Shown here piece after piece: positions 1 through 10,327 of a DNA stretch of 64,000 bases. Position numbers and translations under genes: made by a program. Position 1 is the stretch's first letter. Each line of letters begins with the position of its first letter. Below the pieces are notes generated by a model, which saw only the letters and a program-made list of their open reading frames with translations, was not told where the DNA came from and ran no database searches. The DNA is from Desulfatiglandales bacterium (lineage in GTDB: Bacteria > Desulfobacterota > DSM-4660 > Desulfatiglandales > Desulfatiglandaceae), in the NCBI GenBank assembly GCA_963666345.1, contig OY762721.1:192001-256000 (forward strand), given 5' to 3'.

Positions 1-866
1 TTGTCGGCACCATATAGACCGGGAAGGATTACCCTCCCATGTCGCCCGACCACGTCAAACAGGGCCTTAACGCCTTTACCGCTTCCGCTTACATCCATGG
101 CGATATCGGCCATATTTCCTCCGGTGATCTCTTTAACGACACCTACAAGGTCCTCCTTTTCAACATCGACACACAAATTTGCACCGAATCTCTCAGCGAG
201 TTCAAATCTTTTCTTGTCTTTTCCTATCCCCGCCACAATGATGTTGGAGGCGCCCGATTCCCTGGCCGCGATCACAGCCGCCATGCCCTGCTGGCCCGGC
301 CCTATTATGACCACTGTTTCACCTATCGATACATTCCCCTTCATCCTCAGCCATCTTATGGCGTTACCCAGAACCGCACAGATAAGTATCCCGGTCTCGG
401 CTGATATCTCCTTACTCACCTTATGAACCATTGCCCTTGGGTGGAGATAAACATGCTGACCATAGCCTCCGAAAAGGTGGGGCGGATTCCTGCAGGAAAT
501 CATTGATCCGTAATTGTAATTTTTCTCGCATGTGACATAGTTTCCCGTAAGGCATGAAAAACACTCACCACATCCGAATGCATATTCAACTATCACGCGA
601 TCGCCCTCTTTAAGCCCGTTTTTTTCCCCAAAATGTCGACCCAGTTTTTCAATCGTTCCTATGATTTCATGCCCCATTATTATGGGATAGGGCCTGGGCG
701 CCTTAAAAGCCTTACCCTTGTAAATACCCGGATCCGAACCACACACCCCCGTCATCTCAACCTTTAGGAGCGCGTCATCATCCTTTATCGATGGGATATC
801 GAATTCCCGCATCTTCATCTGTCCCGGTCCCTCCAGGACCATCGATCTGGTCTTTTTGTCGGCCAT
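1..866 (-). CDS. Zn-dependent alcohol dehydrogenase (MDR family), 3' end beyond window
   Basis: Not in the ORF track. Manual translation from ATG 866 (GAGG upstream): MADKKTRSMVLEGPG...GVCGSD...MGHE...CGECFSCLTGNYVTC...IIGPGQQG. Catalytic and structural Zn motifs plus a Rossmann GxGxxG; frame open to the window edge. Confidence 0.9.
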   Translation of the reverse strand, partial: MADKKTRSMVLEGPGQMKMREFDIPSIKDDDALLKVEMTGVCGSDPGIYKGKAFKAPRPYPIIMGHEIIGTIEKLGRHFGEKNGLKEGDRVIVEYAFGCGECFSCLTGNYVTCEKNYNYGSMISCRNPPHLFGGYGQHVYLHPRAMVHKVSKEISAETGILICAVLGNAIRWLRMKGNVSIGETVVIIGPGQQGMAAVIAARESGASNIIVAGIGKDKKRFELAERFGANLCVDVEKEDLVGVVKEITGGNMADIAMDVSGSGKGVKALFDVVGRHGRVILPGLYGAD

Positions 867-968
867 TGCACACCCCTCAAAACTCTGATGTAATGGGTCT
901 TTTTTTCAATAAACCTGCTTCTTCAAGTAACTGTCTGAAAGTCTTCTTTAGCAAATAATATTGAAGGC

Positions 969-2885
969 TCACACCTGCCTTTTCCTTTTGATTTTAACCT
1001 GAATGAACTGCCACAGGAAAATCGTTACGGTCAACCCGAAGCCGACGATATCCGTATAAAGCCCAGGTTTGAGGAGCACGATACCTCCCGAAAACAGAAG
1101 CACCCTCTGAATAATATTCATGGATCTGAAAAAATAGCCTTCAAGGGAGGAGCCAAGCGCGGTGCAGCCCACCAGCGCGGTGAAAAGTGAAAAGGCTATG
1201 CGGAATATATTTCCCTGCCACAGCAGTACAGGATCGTATACAAAGAAAAAGGGTACGATATATGCTACAAGCGCTAGTCTGACTGCGGTAAAGCCTGTCT
1301 TGAAAGGAGAGGACCCCGCCACCCCTGCTCCGGCAAAAGCCGCAAGGGCTACCGGAGGCGTTATGGTTGACAGGCAGGCATAGTAAAACACGAACATATG
1401 TGCCGCAAGAACCGGAACCCCCAGGTTCACCAGGACAGGCCCCCCGATTATAACCGTGAGTATGTAAGCGGCGGATGTGGTAAGACCCATCCCAAGTATA
1501 AGAGAGGTGATCATTATATAGATCAGCGAGATGAAAAGATGTCCTCCGGCGGCGGAAATAACCAGGGTGGAAAACTTGAGGCCGAGGCCTGTCTGGGTTA
1601 TCACCCCTATTACTATTCCCGCAGACGCACAAGCCGTTACCACCTGAAGAGATCCCACGGCCCCCCGTTCGAGACTTTTCAATATCGTCGGCACACTCAT
1701 CCTGGTGTCTTTTTTCAGCATGCTGACGGCCACCACCGCTAAGATTGACCAGAACCCCGCCTTCATCGGAGAATATCCCAGCCCAAGGAGTATGACCAGT
1801 ATGATGGCAGGCAATACCAGATGTCCCCTTTTAACGACCTCCTTTTTGAAAGAAGGAAGCTGGTCTTTTGGAATTCCTGTCATACCTCTTTTTACGGCTT
1901 CAAGATGCACCATATAGAAAAGTGCGTAAAAATACAGGAGGGCCGGTATAAAGGCCGCAACGCACACTTTCAGGTACGATATACCTATCATTTCCGCGAT
2001 TATAAAGGCCGCGGCCCCCATTATGGGGGGCATGAACTGCCCTCCGGTTGACGCAACCGCTTCAACCGCCCCCGAGAAGGTAGCGCTGTAACCGATCTTT
2101 TTCATTAAAGGGATGGTAAAGGTCCCGGTACTGACGACATTGGCGACCGCGCTTCCCGATATCGTTCCCATGGTAGCACTGCTAAGGACCGCTACCTTTG
2201 CGGGTCCTCCCCTCAGATGCCCGGCAATGGAACTTGCAAAACCTATGAAAAATTCCCCTACCCCCGAGTGCAGCAGAAAGGCACCGAACAGTATGAAAAT
2301 AAAAATAAAACTTGCAGACACCCCCAGCGGAATGGTGAAAAGACCTTCGGTTGTCAGGTATTGGTAACTGATGAACATCTCCAGATCTATTGCACGGTGA
2401 CCCCATGTACCGGGTATCAGGTGACCCAGAAGTGCGTAGCCGACGGACACAAGCGTTATGATAGGAAGGGCTGAACCGAGTACACGTCTGGTTGATTCAA
2501 GTACTATTATGATCAGGATTCCCCCATAGACAAGATCGGCCGTAGTGGCGGCACCCCCTCTCAGAACCAACTCCTTGTATTCCGAGATTATATAAATAAG
2601 GCTGAAACAGCTCAGAATCATAAGGCCGAAATCTATTATATCGCCTATGATCCTTGAGCCCTTTCCCTTATCCTGTCCTTTAAAACAAGAGGCGGTTAGG
2701 AACGTTATAAGCAGGGCGAAAAGCAGGTGAATTGATCTCTGCACAACGGCGGAATAAAGGCCGAACTGAGATGTATAGAGATGAAACCCCGACATGGCAA
2801 GGCCGGTGACGGTCACAAGGAAGCCCTTGGTGAACATCCTTTTTCTTGCTGCCTGAAATGTCTGACCATTGATCATAAAGTCCAC
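969..2885 (-). CDS. TRAP transporter 4TM/12TM fused permease
   Basis: 638-aa polytopic protein with GGPAKVAV, ASTGGQFMPPIMGAAAF and TPPVALAAF motifs. Confidence 0.93.
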   Translation of the reverse strand: MDFMINGQTFQAARKRMFTKGFLVTVTGLAMSGFHLYTSQFGLYSAVVQRSIHLLFALLITFLTASCFKGQDKGKGSRIIGDIIDFGLMILSCFSLIYIISEYKELVLRGGAATTADLVYGGILIIIVLESTRRVLGSALPIITLVSVGYALLGHLIPGTWGHRAIDLEMFISYQYLTTEGLFTIPLGVSASFIFIFILFGAFLLHSGVGEFFIGFASSIAGHLRGGPAKVAVLSSATMGTISGSAVANVVSTGTFTIPLMKKIGYSATFSGAVEAVASTGGQFMPPIMGAAAFIIAEMIGISYLKVCVAAFIPALLYFYALFYMVHLEAVKRGMTGIPKDQLPSFKKEVVKRGHLVLPAIILVILLGLGYSPMKAGFWSILAVVAVSMLKKDTRMSVPTILKSLERGAVGSLQVVTACASAGIVIGVITQTGLGLKFSTLVISAAGGHLFISLIYIMITSLILGMGLTTSAAYILTVIIGGPVLVNLGVPVLAAHMFVFYYACLSTITPPVALAAFAGAGVAGSSPFKTGFTAVRLALVAYIVPFFFVYDPVLLWQGNIFRIAFSLFTALVGCTALGSSLEGYFFRSMNIIQRVLLFSGGIVLLKPGLYTDIVGFGLTVTIFLWQFIQVKIKRKRQV

Positions 2886-2970
2886 CGATAGTTGAAAACT
2901 GAAAAATGTAACGTGGAAGTATTCAAAAACGAACGTTGCTTATGATCGCTCAAACAGATTACTGTTCCCT

Positions 2971-3450
2971 TCAGGGCACTTCGATTAATACCTTGAGTGT
3001 TGTTCCTGCGGGGATCAACTCACTGAGATAAAAGACCTCGTCTTTAAATAGAAGCCTGTGATTTGCATCGCTTCTTGAGCCCATGATAAAGGTGACTTCT
3101 TTCACAACTCTATCGATAGCGGTTATCTCCCAGGTTCCATCTTTTTTTATGACAAAATTTTCATAGAAAAACCCCTGCCCGTTCAGGTTCGAACGACCGC
3201 CTGATTTTACATGAACAATAGATCCCCTGTCTTTTATCTGGAAGGTATCTCGGTAGTAAACCCTGTCATAGGAGTGAAGGAATTCGATAGCGAATCGATC
3301 CTTTTTTGAGACGGGAACACTCAAATACGTATTCCCGTCTCTGACACCCCTAATTGACAGATGTAAAGGTTCGTCTCCGGATTCCTGAGAGGATACGGGA
3401 AATGAAATCAGGATAAGGAGAGTCGTCAAGAGTGAAACGAACCTTTTCAT
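2971..3450 (-). CDS. DUF1850-like exported protein of TAXI-TRAP operons
   Basis: Signal-peptide-like N-terminus, F.IEFLHSY motif, located between the TAXI receptor and the fused permease. Confidence 0.65.
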   Translation of the reverse strand: MKRFVSLLTTLLILISFPVSSQESGDEPLHLSIRGVRDGNTYLSVPVSKKDRFAIEFLHSYDRVYYRDTFQIKDRGSIVHVKSGGRSNLNGQGFFYENFVIKKDGTWEITAIDRVVKEVTFIMGSRSDANHRLLFKDEVFYLSELIPAGTTLKVLIEVP

Positions 3451-3455
3451 ACCCT

Positions 3456-4424
3456 CTATTTTAATACGCCCTTTTCTTTGTAGAATTTGACCGCACCGTC
3501 ATGAAGAGGAATAGGGACCTTGTACGCAGCATCAAGGGTTATTTTTTTGTATTTCACATGGATATTGTCGATATCGCTCTTGTTATCCCAAAAGGCCCTG
3601 AGAAGATTATAAACCAGTTCCTTATCCAGATGTGTCGTGGTGTTGATTACTCCCATCCATGAAAGCACTTCAATGGGACTGTCCTGATCCTTGTAGATAT
3701 CGGCAGGGATCTGCCTGGGGACATAATAGGGATACTTGCTGTTTATCTTCTTCATCATATCTTCTTCTATATTTATAAACCTCACCTCTCTGGCGGTTTG
3801 AAGGTCCATTACTCCAGGCGCCGGAGTGCCCACCGCAAACATTCCTATATCCAGGTTCCCGTCCTTCAGTCCCTGTACCTGCTCGGCAATTGAAAGGAAC
3901 TTTGGATCGATATCGTCATAGGTTATCCCATACTCGGCAAGGATCAGCTTATTCATGATTTCTATACCGCTTCCGGGTGCCCCCAGGCCCACCTTTTTAC
4001 CCTTAAGGTCATAAAGGGACTTGATGGGAGATTCCTTCGGCACGACGATAATTTCATCTATCGGATAGAGGGACATCAAGGATCGCAAGGCCCCGAAAGG
4101 TTTCTCTTTTTCAAACTTTGCGATACCCTTGTATGCCCAGAAGGTCACATCAGGCATCATAAATGCCATATCTGTCTGTTTTTTCAACAGGGCACGCGTA
4201 TTTTCTATCGAGGCCCCGGATGGATAGGCTGTCGCCTGCACCCCTTCTATATTCTTGCTGATTAGATTGGCCCAGGCCCCTCCCAATGGGTACCATGTTC
4301 CGGCGGTTCCTGCGGTAGCAATGGAAAGCCTTGTTGTTGCGTTTACCGCACCAGCCGTAGCCAAAAACAGAAAAAGAGTTAACAACGCAAAAAAACCTAG
4401 AAACCTTCTGCTCGTAAATCGCAT
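3456..4424 (-). CDS. TAXI family TRAP solute-binding protein
   Basis: Signal peptide, IATAGTAGTWYPLGG, GASIEN, GAPGSG, PIPLHDGAVKFYKEKG. Confidence 0.93.
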   Translation of the reverse strand: MRFTSRRFLGFFALLTLFLFLATAGAVNATTRLSIATAGTAGTWYPLGGAWANLISKNIEGVQATAYPSGASIENTRALLKKQTDMAFMMPDVTFWAYKGIAKFEKEKPFGALRSLMSLYPIDEIIVVPKESPIKSLYDLKGKKVGLGAPGSGIEIMNKLILAEYGITYDDIDPKFLSIAEQVQGLKDGNLDIGMFAVGTPAPGVMDLQTAREVRFINIEEDMMKKINSKYPYYVPRQIPADIYKDQDSPIEVLSWMGVINTTTHLDKELVYNLLRAFWDNKSDIDNIHVKYKKITLDAAYKVPIPLHDGAVKFYKEKGVLK

Positions 4425-4652
4425 AGGGACCTCCTTTTGGACAAAAATGGTTTATATCGCCCTATCTTGTAACAACCCCTTGATTGTGTTATTTGCCACC
4501 GGCATTATCACCTCCTTTCAAAAGGCCTTTTTCAAAGAAATAATTAATGGAAATCTCATGAAACATCCTGCTGCCAATGAGTCAGTTAATCGGGGAAAAA
4601 GGCAAAATCCGTTTAAATACAATATCAAAAGACATCCCGAAATACTTTTTTT

Positions 4653-6023
4653 CTATGGCTCATAGACCTTTTCAAAAATAGGTGTTTTCCGAGTCTCTTT
4701 CGGAAGAGTTCCAGGTGGTACCAATTCGATTTCAGGCCGAACCTTTATTGAGTGGTGAAGGGCATCCCCTATCCTCTTTTGCAAGCCGGGGAAATCCTGC
4801 TTACCGATTTCTTTTCCATGCTCAATTTTCACCTTCAACGGGGGTACAACCCTTGGAGGGGGTGCATTTAGGACTACTCGCATTTCGCCTGTTACTTCAG
4901 GTGAGAAGGTGGATACGATATTTTTTATAGAAACAGGATATATGTTTACCCCTTTTACTATAAGCATGTCATCCGACCGACCGATCAGTTTGGCGCGTCT
5001 TCCCTTAAATCCGCATCCGGGGCATTCTTCTGTGAAAATCTGCACGATATCTCCATATGCGTATTTTATGGCCGGGCATGCCTGTCTCTCAAGAGACGTG
5101 TGAACCATTTCACCGATCGCCCCGTCCACATCAGCATCTACAGGCTCTTTGGTGACAGGGTCGACCAGGTCCTCATAACTGGTGCAGACATCAGGAGCAA
5201 CCGCGTGGAGGCCATGGTATTCGTATGAATCACAGGAAATCCCCATGGCGTTACCGCATGGAGACCAATAGTCCCACACCCTGCAACCATAGGCGGATTC
5301 CAGTTTCTCTTTGATTTCAGGGATGGAAATACCAACCTCGCCGCATGTCAAAAGGCCCTTCAGACCGATTTCTCCCACCTCCTTTTTCATGGCTCTCGGG
5401 TATTTATCGATCAGAAACTCGGCCAGAGACGGTGTGCATGCCAGGTAAGTAGGCCTTGTAAGGTTGATGAATTGCATCAGGAGATCGGTGCCCGCCCTTG
5501 CGTCTATATCAATAGGAAGGGCCCCAAGTTCCCTCAGACCCCAAAGTGTCATGGTGGTGGCATAGATACCGAGAGCGAAAAAGAACACGACCCTGTCCCC
5601 CCTGCCCACACCTGCAAGTGAAAGTCTGTGCCCCAGTTGTTTGCCTATAAAATCAAGGTCTTTTTTGGTAAATGTGTAACTGAAGGTAGGTATTCCGGTT
5701 GTCCCGGAGGTAGTTCCTGTGAGGTAAATATCCTCAGGTTTCGCGCACAGGTGCATTCCGAACGGATGCCCCAGCTTTTCCAGAGATTCCTGAGCGCTTT
5801 TCCGTTCATCATCCTTCACCATGAACACAGGAAGTCTTCTCAGGTCTTCAATTGTCCTTATGTCTTCGGGTAATGCCCCTGCCTCATCAAACTTTCTACG
5901 GTAAAATTCGGAATTATCGTAGCAGTATCTAAGCTGTGGAACAAGTTTTATCTCCTGGTAATGTCTTATCTCCTCCGCCGACATCCCGTTCAATTGGTTT
6001 TCCAGATAGAAATCCTTTTCCAT
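4653..6023 (-). CDS. Phenylacetate-CoA ligase (PaaK/FtsA-like) family acyl-CoA ligase
   Basis: TTSGTTG P-loop, YAYGD, GRSDDMLIVKGVNIYP; start set at ATG 6023 after an AAGGAG RBS (track start 6101). Confidence 0.85.
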   Translation of the reverse strand: MEKDFYLENQLNGMSAEEIRHYQEIKLVPQLRYCYDNSEFYRRKFDEAGALPEDIRTIEDLRRLPVFMVKDDERKSAQESLEKLGHPFGMHLCAKPEDIYLTGTTSGTTGIPTFSYTFTKKDLDFIGKQLGHRLSLAGVGRGDRVVFFFALGIYATTMTLWGLRELGALPIDIDARAGTDLLMQFINLTRPTYLACTPSLAEFLIDKYPRAMKKEVGEIGLKGLLTCGEVGISIPEIKEKLESAYGCRVWDYWSPCGNAMGISCDSYEYHGLHAVAPDVCTSYEDLVDPVTKEPVDADVDGAIGEMVHTSLERQACPAIKYAYGDIVQIFTEECPGCGFKGRRAKLIGRSDDMLIVKGVNIYPVSIKNIVSTFSPEVTGEMRVVLNAPPPRVVPPLKVKIEHGKEIGKQDFPGLQKRIGDALHHSIKVRPEIELVPPGTLPKETRKTPIFEKVYEP

Positions 6024-6780
6024 TTTGAGAGCTCCTTGATGAACGTTCTTTGAACCTCCCGAATACCGACTGCATCTTTGATTTTTCAGCCATCTTTCCA
6101 CCCACTTCCAGAATATGTTTCATACACAGATCGGAAGCGTGCCGGAAATCCCGTTTTTCCAATAGGTTGATAATCTCCAGGTGCTCCTTCATGGTCGTCT
6201 TGAACATCGATATGGAAGGCTGCGCTATTTCGAAAAAAGGGATAGAAAGTCCTACAACCAGCTTATGGGTCATACTCAAGACGGGATTTTCCGCCAGCTC
6301 GACAATTATTCGGTGAAATTCGAAATTGGCTGACAACCGCCTGTCATGTTTCTCCGCCCTGTAGTACTGCTCGGCCAGTTCCATGTTGGCTCTCATTCGC
6401 GCTATATCTTCATCTGTAATTTTTGAAGAAATAAATTTGCTTATAACGATTCCTTCAATCGCTGCCCTAGCCTCGGATAGCTGTTGAATGGTCAGATTTG
6501 ACATCCGCAACGCGTTTTCGATCTGATCAACGACTTCATTGATATCCGGTTCCTTTATATAGGCACCTCCCGTGCTTCCCTGACGAACCTCGATTACACC
6601 CGACTGTTCAAGCGACCTGATAGCTTCCCTTACGGTCACCCGACTTACTCCGAATATCTCAACGAGTTCTTTTTCGGGGGGGAGTTTGTCATTAGGACCA
6701 AGGTCTCCTCTTACTATCGCCTCCATCACCTGACTGGCGATTTCCTCATACATCCTTTTCTGTTTTAGTTTTCGAAACAT
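5929..6780 (-). CDS. GntR/FadR family transcriptional regulator
   Basis: LPPEKELVEIFGVSRVTVREA winged HTH; FCD domain (NFEFH...NPVL...EHLEI...H). Confidence 0.92.
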   Translation of the reverse strand: MFRKLKQKRMYEEIASQVMEAIVRGDLGPNDKLPPEKELVEIFGVSRVTVREAIRSLEQSGVIEVRQGSTGGAYIKEPDINEVVDQIENALRMSNLTIQQLSEARAAIEGIVISKFISSKITDEDIARMRANMELAEQYYRAEKHDRRLSANFEFHRIIVELAENPVLSMTHKLVVGLSIPFFEIAQPSISMFKTTMKEHLEIINLLEKRDFRHASDLCMKHILEVGGKMAEKSKMQSVFGRFKERSSRSSQNGKGFLSGKPIERDVGGGDKTLPGDKTCSTA

Positions 6781-6792
6781 ACACCAAACCTC

Positions 6793-6845
6793 ATGTTATA
6801 AAATAATATGTTATACATTTAAATATATACCCATATCCATGTCAA
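6793..6845 (-). promoter_or_regulatory. Candidate sigma70 promoter and GntR-type operator of the regulator operon
   Basis: TTGACA (6845-6840), 17 nt, TTAAAT (6822-6817); ATGTTATA direct repeat (6793, 6808) and near-palindrome ATGTTATACAT (6808-6818). Confidence 0.5.
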
Positions 6846-7050
6846 GCACAATTTTAGTCAGTGCGTCTCCTAGTTCAACTTTCCGGATGCATCACTCAGA
6901 TACAATTCAAGCAAAATGGAAAACGCCTCTGGATTTCCGGGCATCGGGGGATTATTTTAGGTCCAAGGCCCCTAAAACACACGACTGAGGTGCATTCCCT
7001 ATATTCAGAAAAGCACCTCTTGTTGATGAATCGGGGAATGAATGCCCGAC

Positions 7051-7092
7051 TTGACATGCAATGTTTTATAGCTACTCTTTAATAGAATAGCT
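7051..7092 (+). promoter_or_regulatory. Candidate promoter with overlapping inverted repeat
   Basis: TTGACA-16 nt-TACTCT; imperfect inverted repeat AGCTACTCT-ttaat-AGAATAGCT over the -10. Confidence 0.35.
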
Positions 7093-7175
7093 TTCAAAAA
7101 TAACTAACCTGTAAAAAGGTATATTAATATTATTCCATTTTATCTTTTCATGATAACTTCCCCCAGGATAACCTA

Positions 7176-8024
7176 ATGACGGAATATATTTCAAACCATG
7201 AAGCTGCCATCAGGCTATCCTTTTTCTTCGGCATTCTCCTTGTAATCGCCATTCTTGAAATTCGCCGTCCCAGGAGGTCCCTTACCACTTCCAAGGCCAG
7301 TAGGTGGTTCGGGAATCTGGGGGTCGTAGTGATAGGATCCGCAGCATTGCGCGTGGTTTTTCCTATTACAGCCGTTCAACTCGCCATTGTGGTAAATGAA
7401 AAGGGATGGGGCATATTCAATGCCGGTGATCTGCCATACTGGCTGACAGTGGTTTTATCGATTGTTATACTGGATTTCATCATATACCTTCAGCATGTCA
7501 TGTTCCACGCCGTGCCCACCCTGTGGCGTCTTCACATGATGCACCATGCTGATCTGGACTTCGACCTGACAACAGGTATACGTTTTCACCCCATTGAAAT
7601 TCTCATATCCATGCTGATAAAATTTTCAGCCATATTAGTGCTCGGGGCGCCTGTTCTCTCAGTGATCTTTTTTGAGATCATTTTAAACGGCATGGCCATG
7701 TTCAACCATGGCAACTTCAACCTCCCCCTAGGTCTGGATCGCATCTTGAGACTTCTTGTAGTAACACCCGACATGCACAGGGTTCACCATTCGGTTTTTC
7801 CGAGCGAGACAAATTCAAACTACGGATTCAACCTATCCTGGTGGGACAGACTTATGGGCACCTACCGAGCCCAGCCGCGCCTTGGACACACGGAGATGAC
7901 AATCGGTCTTAATCAATTCAGGGACCCGTCAAAATTGAACCTCTTGTGGATGCTCATACTGCCATTTACAGGCAGACAGGGCGCCTATGCCATAAACCGC
8001 AGAGGGGCAAAGGATAAAAAATGA
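7176..8024 (+). CDS. Sterol desaturase / fatty acid hydroxylase superfamily membrane protein
   Basis: His boxes QHVMFH, HMMHH, NH, HRVHH; NYGFNLSWWDRLMGTY. Confidence 0.9.
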   Translation: MTEYISNHEAAIRLSFFFGILLVIAILEIRRPRRSLTTSKASRWFGNLGVVVIGSAALRVVFPITAVQLAIVVNEKGWGIFNAGDLPYWLTVVLSIVILDFIIYLQHVMFHAVPTLWRLHMMHHADLDFDLTTGIRFHPIEILISMLIKFSAILVLGAPVLSVIFFEIILNGMAMFNHGNFNLPLGLDRILRLLVVTPDMHRVHHSVFPSETNSNYGFNLSWWDRLMGTYRAQPRLGHTEMTIGLNQFRDPSKLNLLWMLILPFTGRQGAYAINRRGAKDKK

Positions 8025-8155
8025 TCCCGCCCACCAAATCAAGGCCTAAGACAGGCTCAAGACAATAAAAGGCTACGGCCCGCAGGAAACGGTCTTCCTT
8101 AAGTGAAATAAAAGGGTTTCAAGACTTTGCGGCAGGAGGCCTCAACTACCCGGCC

Positions 8156-9685
8156 TTACACAAGCATCTTCCGATCCAGGGTGCGGTACTGGATGGCCTC
8201 GGCTACGTGGTCCGCGCCTATTTCGACGCTTTCCTCCAGATCCGCGATTGTCCTTGCGATTTTAAGGATTCTGGCATGGGCCCTTGCGCTCAAGGCGAAT
8301 TTCTCCATCGCCCTTTCTATAAGATTGTTTGATTCATCATCAGTCACGCAGAAGCGCCTTATCTGGCGGCTGTTCATTGTGGCGTTTATGTGGATACCAG
8401 ATCTTTTAAACCTCTTCTGCTGAAGGCTTCGCGCCCTGACCACCCTATCAAGGACCTCAGCCGAGGAGTCTCCCTGCTCAAGGCCTGAGAGATCTTTAAA
8501 AGGCACACTCGGGACCTCCAGGTGGATATCTATCCTGTCCAGAAGCGGGCCTGAGATCTTTGATCTGTACCTCTGAATCTGTAGAAAAGAGCAGGTGCAG
8601 TCCCTCTTCGGATCACCCAGATAACCGCACGGGCATGGATTCATTGCCGCAACCAGCATAAACGAGGACGGATAGGTTACGGTTGAACTGGCACGGGCGA
8701 TCGTAACGGCCCCATCCTCTATGGGCTGCCTGAGTACCTCCAGAACATTTTTCCTGAATTCCGGCAATTCATCCAGAAAAAGGACCCCGTTGTGGGCAAG
8801 GCTTACCTCCCCCGGCTTAGGATTCTGCCCCCCACCTATAAGGCCGGCATCGGAAATGGTATGATGAGGCGAACGAAAAGGCCTGAGTCTTACAAGCCCC
8901 TTTCCTTTCGGCATAAGCCCCATGATGCTGTAAACCTTTGACGTCTCGAGGGCCTCTTCGAATGACAGTTCAGGTGTAATAGTAGGTAGACGTCTTGCCA
9001 GCATAGTCTTGCCTGAACCGGGCGGGCCGATCATAATCAGATTGTGCCCTCCCGCAGCGGCTATCTCCATGGCCCTTTTGGCACCTTCCTGGCCCCTGAC
9101 GTCCCTGAAATCAACCTGATATTCAGGCTTTTGAAACAGGGATTGAGGATCGACACTCAGACTGTCTATCCTTGAGTACCCTGCCAGATGATCAATTACA
9201 TCGGAAAAGGTGTCGACAGGATAGATTTTCGTCCCCTCTACAACTGCCGCCTCAGCGGCATTTTCACGGGGCAGAAATATTGATTCTATTCCCATCTCTT
9301 GCGCTGAAATCGCTATAGGCAGAACTCCTCTGACCGGCCGCACAAGACCGTCCAGGGCAAGCTCTCCTAAAAATATGCACCTGCTGAATGAAGAACCGTC
9401 TACCAGCCCGGTAGCGGCCAGGATACCGATGCCCATGGGAAGATCAAAGGCCGCCCCCTCCTTCTTTATATCGGCAGGGGCGAGGTTAACCGTTATCCTG
9501 TCGGCAGGGAAATGATACCCGGAATTCTTAATAGCCGCCTTTACCCTTTCCTTACTCTCTCTAACCGCACCCTCAGGCAGCCCAACGGTTGTAAAAGAAG
9601 GCAATCCCTGGGAGATATCAACCTCGACTTCCACGATATAGGCGTCTATGCCTATAATGGCGCTGCTCAGGACCCTGGAAAGCAT
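8156..9685 (-). CDS. comM: YifB/ComM Mg-chelatase-like AAA+ ATPase
   Basis: RITVNLAPAD, GPPGSGKT, RPFRSPHH, PGEVSLAHNGVLFLDE, MNPCPCG. Confidence 0.93.
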   Translation of the reverse strand: MLSRVLSSAIIGIDAYIVEVEVDISQGLPSFTTVGLPEGAVRESKERVKAAIKNSGYHFPADRITVNLAPADIKKEGAAFDLPMGIGILAATGLVDGSSFSRCIFLGELALDGLVRPVRGVLPIAISAQEMGIESIFLPRENAAEAAVVEGTKIYPVDTFSDVIDHLAGYSRIDSLSVDPQSLFQKPEYQVDFRDVRGQEGAKRAMEIAAAGGHNLIMIGPPGSGKTMLARRLPTITPELSFEEALETSKVYSIMGLMPKGKGLVRLRPFRSPHHTISDAGLIGGGQNPKPGEVSLAHNGVLFLDELPEFRKNVLEVLRQPIEDGAVTIARASSTVTYPSSFMLVAAMNPCPCGYLGDPKRDCTCSFLQIQRYRSKISGPLLDRIDIHLEVPSVPFKDLSGLEQGDSSAEVLDRVVRARSLQQKRFKRSGIHINATMNSRQIRRFCVTDDESNNLIERAMEKFALSARAHARILKIARTIADLEESVEIGADHVAEAIQYRTLDRKMLV

Positions 9686-10027
9686 TTTTCAGATGCCCTT
9701 ATCCTAATTGTTCCATGTGAAGTGATATGAACCCGCTTTATCCGCAATAATAAAAAAACAACCGGTCAATCCTATGAGATTTTTTCTATTTACATTTTTA
9801 GAAAGAAATTATATAAGAATAAATTTATCCTGAAATAGAAGATATCGAAACAGAAGATTCTGTTTCAGATCCCCCTTTTCTTATTAAGTTTTTTTACCCG
9901 GAATTATCATACTGATGATCTGTTCCCTTATTGTAAAGGGAATGAAAAGATCCGGCTTTTTATCTGTTTTATTAATCTTGGCTTTTTTTATATTAACATA
10001 TTTTTTCAATTTATAGGAGACAAACAT

Positions 10028-10324
10028 ATGGCTCGCATAACCGTAGAGGATTGTCTGAAAAGAGTGGACAATAGATTCGGTTTGATTCACCTTGCGGCAA
10101 AAAGGGTTCGGCAACTCAGAAAAGGGTCAGAGCCTCTTGTTAAATGCAAGAATAAAGATGTCGTTGTAGCGTTAAGAGAGATCGCATCCGGGGATATTTA
10201 TCAATCCCCCGGTGCCCAAGGTTCTGCATTGGAAAATCAACCTGAAATAGACGCTCCTGAACTACCTGAAATCAAATCTCTGGAGGCTGAAACCGACCAA
10301 GAGGAGAAAGATGTTTCTCGGTAA
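10028..10324 (+). CDS. rpoZ: RNA polymerase omega subunit
   Basis: [17 protein letters not shown]...AAKRVRQL...[16 protein letters not shown]. Confidence 0.95.
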   Translation: MARITVEDCLKRVDNRFGLIHLAAKRVRQLRKGSEPLVKCKNKDVVVALREIASGDIYQSPGAQGSALENQPEIDAPELPEIKSLEAETDQEEKDVSR

Positions 10325-10327
10325 CAA

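Noticed and set aside
1..426. Plus-strand ORFs 1..426 and 39..404
   Set aside because: Antisense shadows of the minus-strand Zn-dehydrogenase, which has clear motifs
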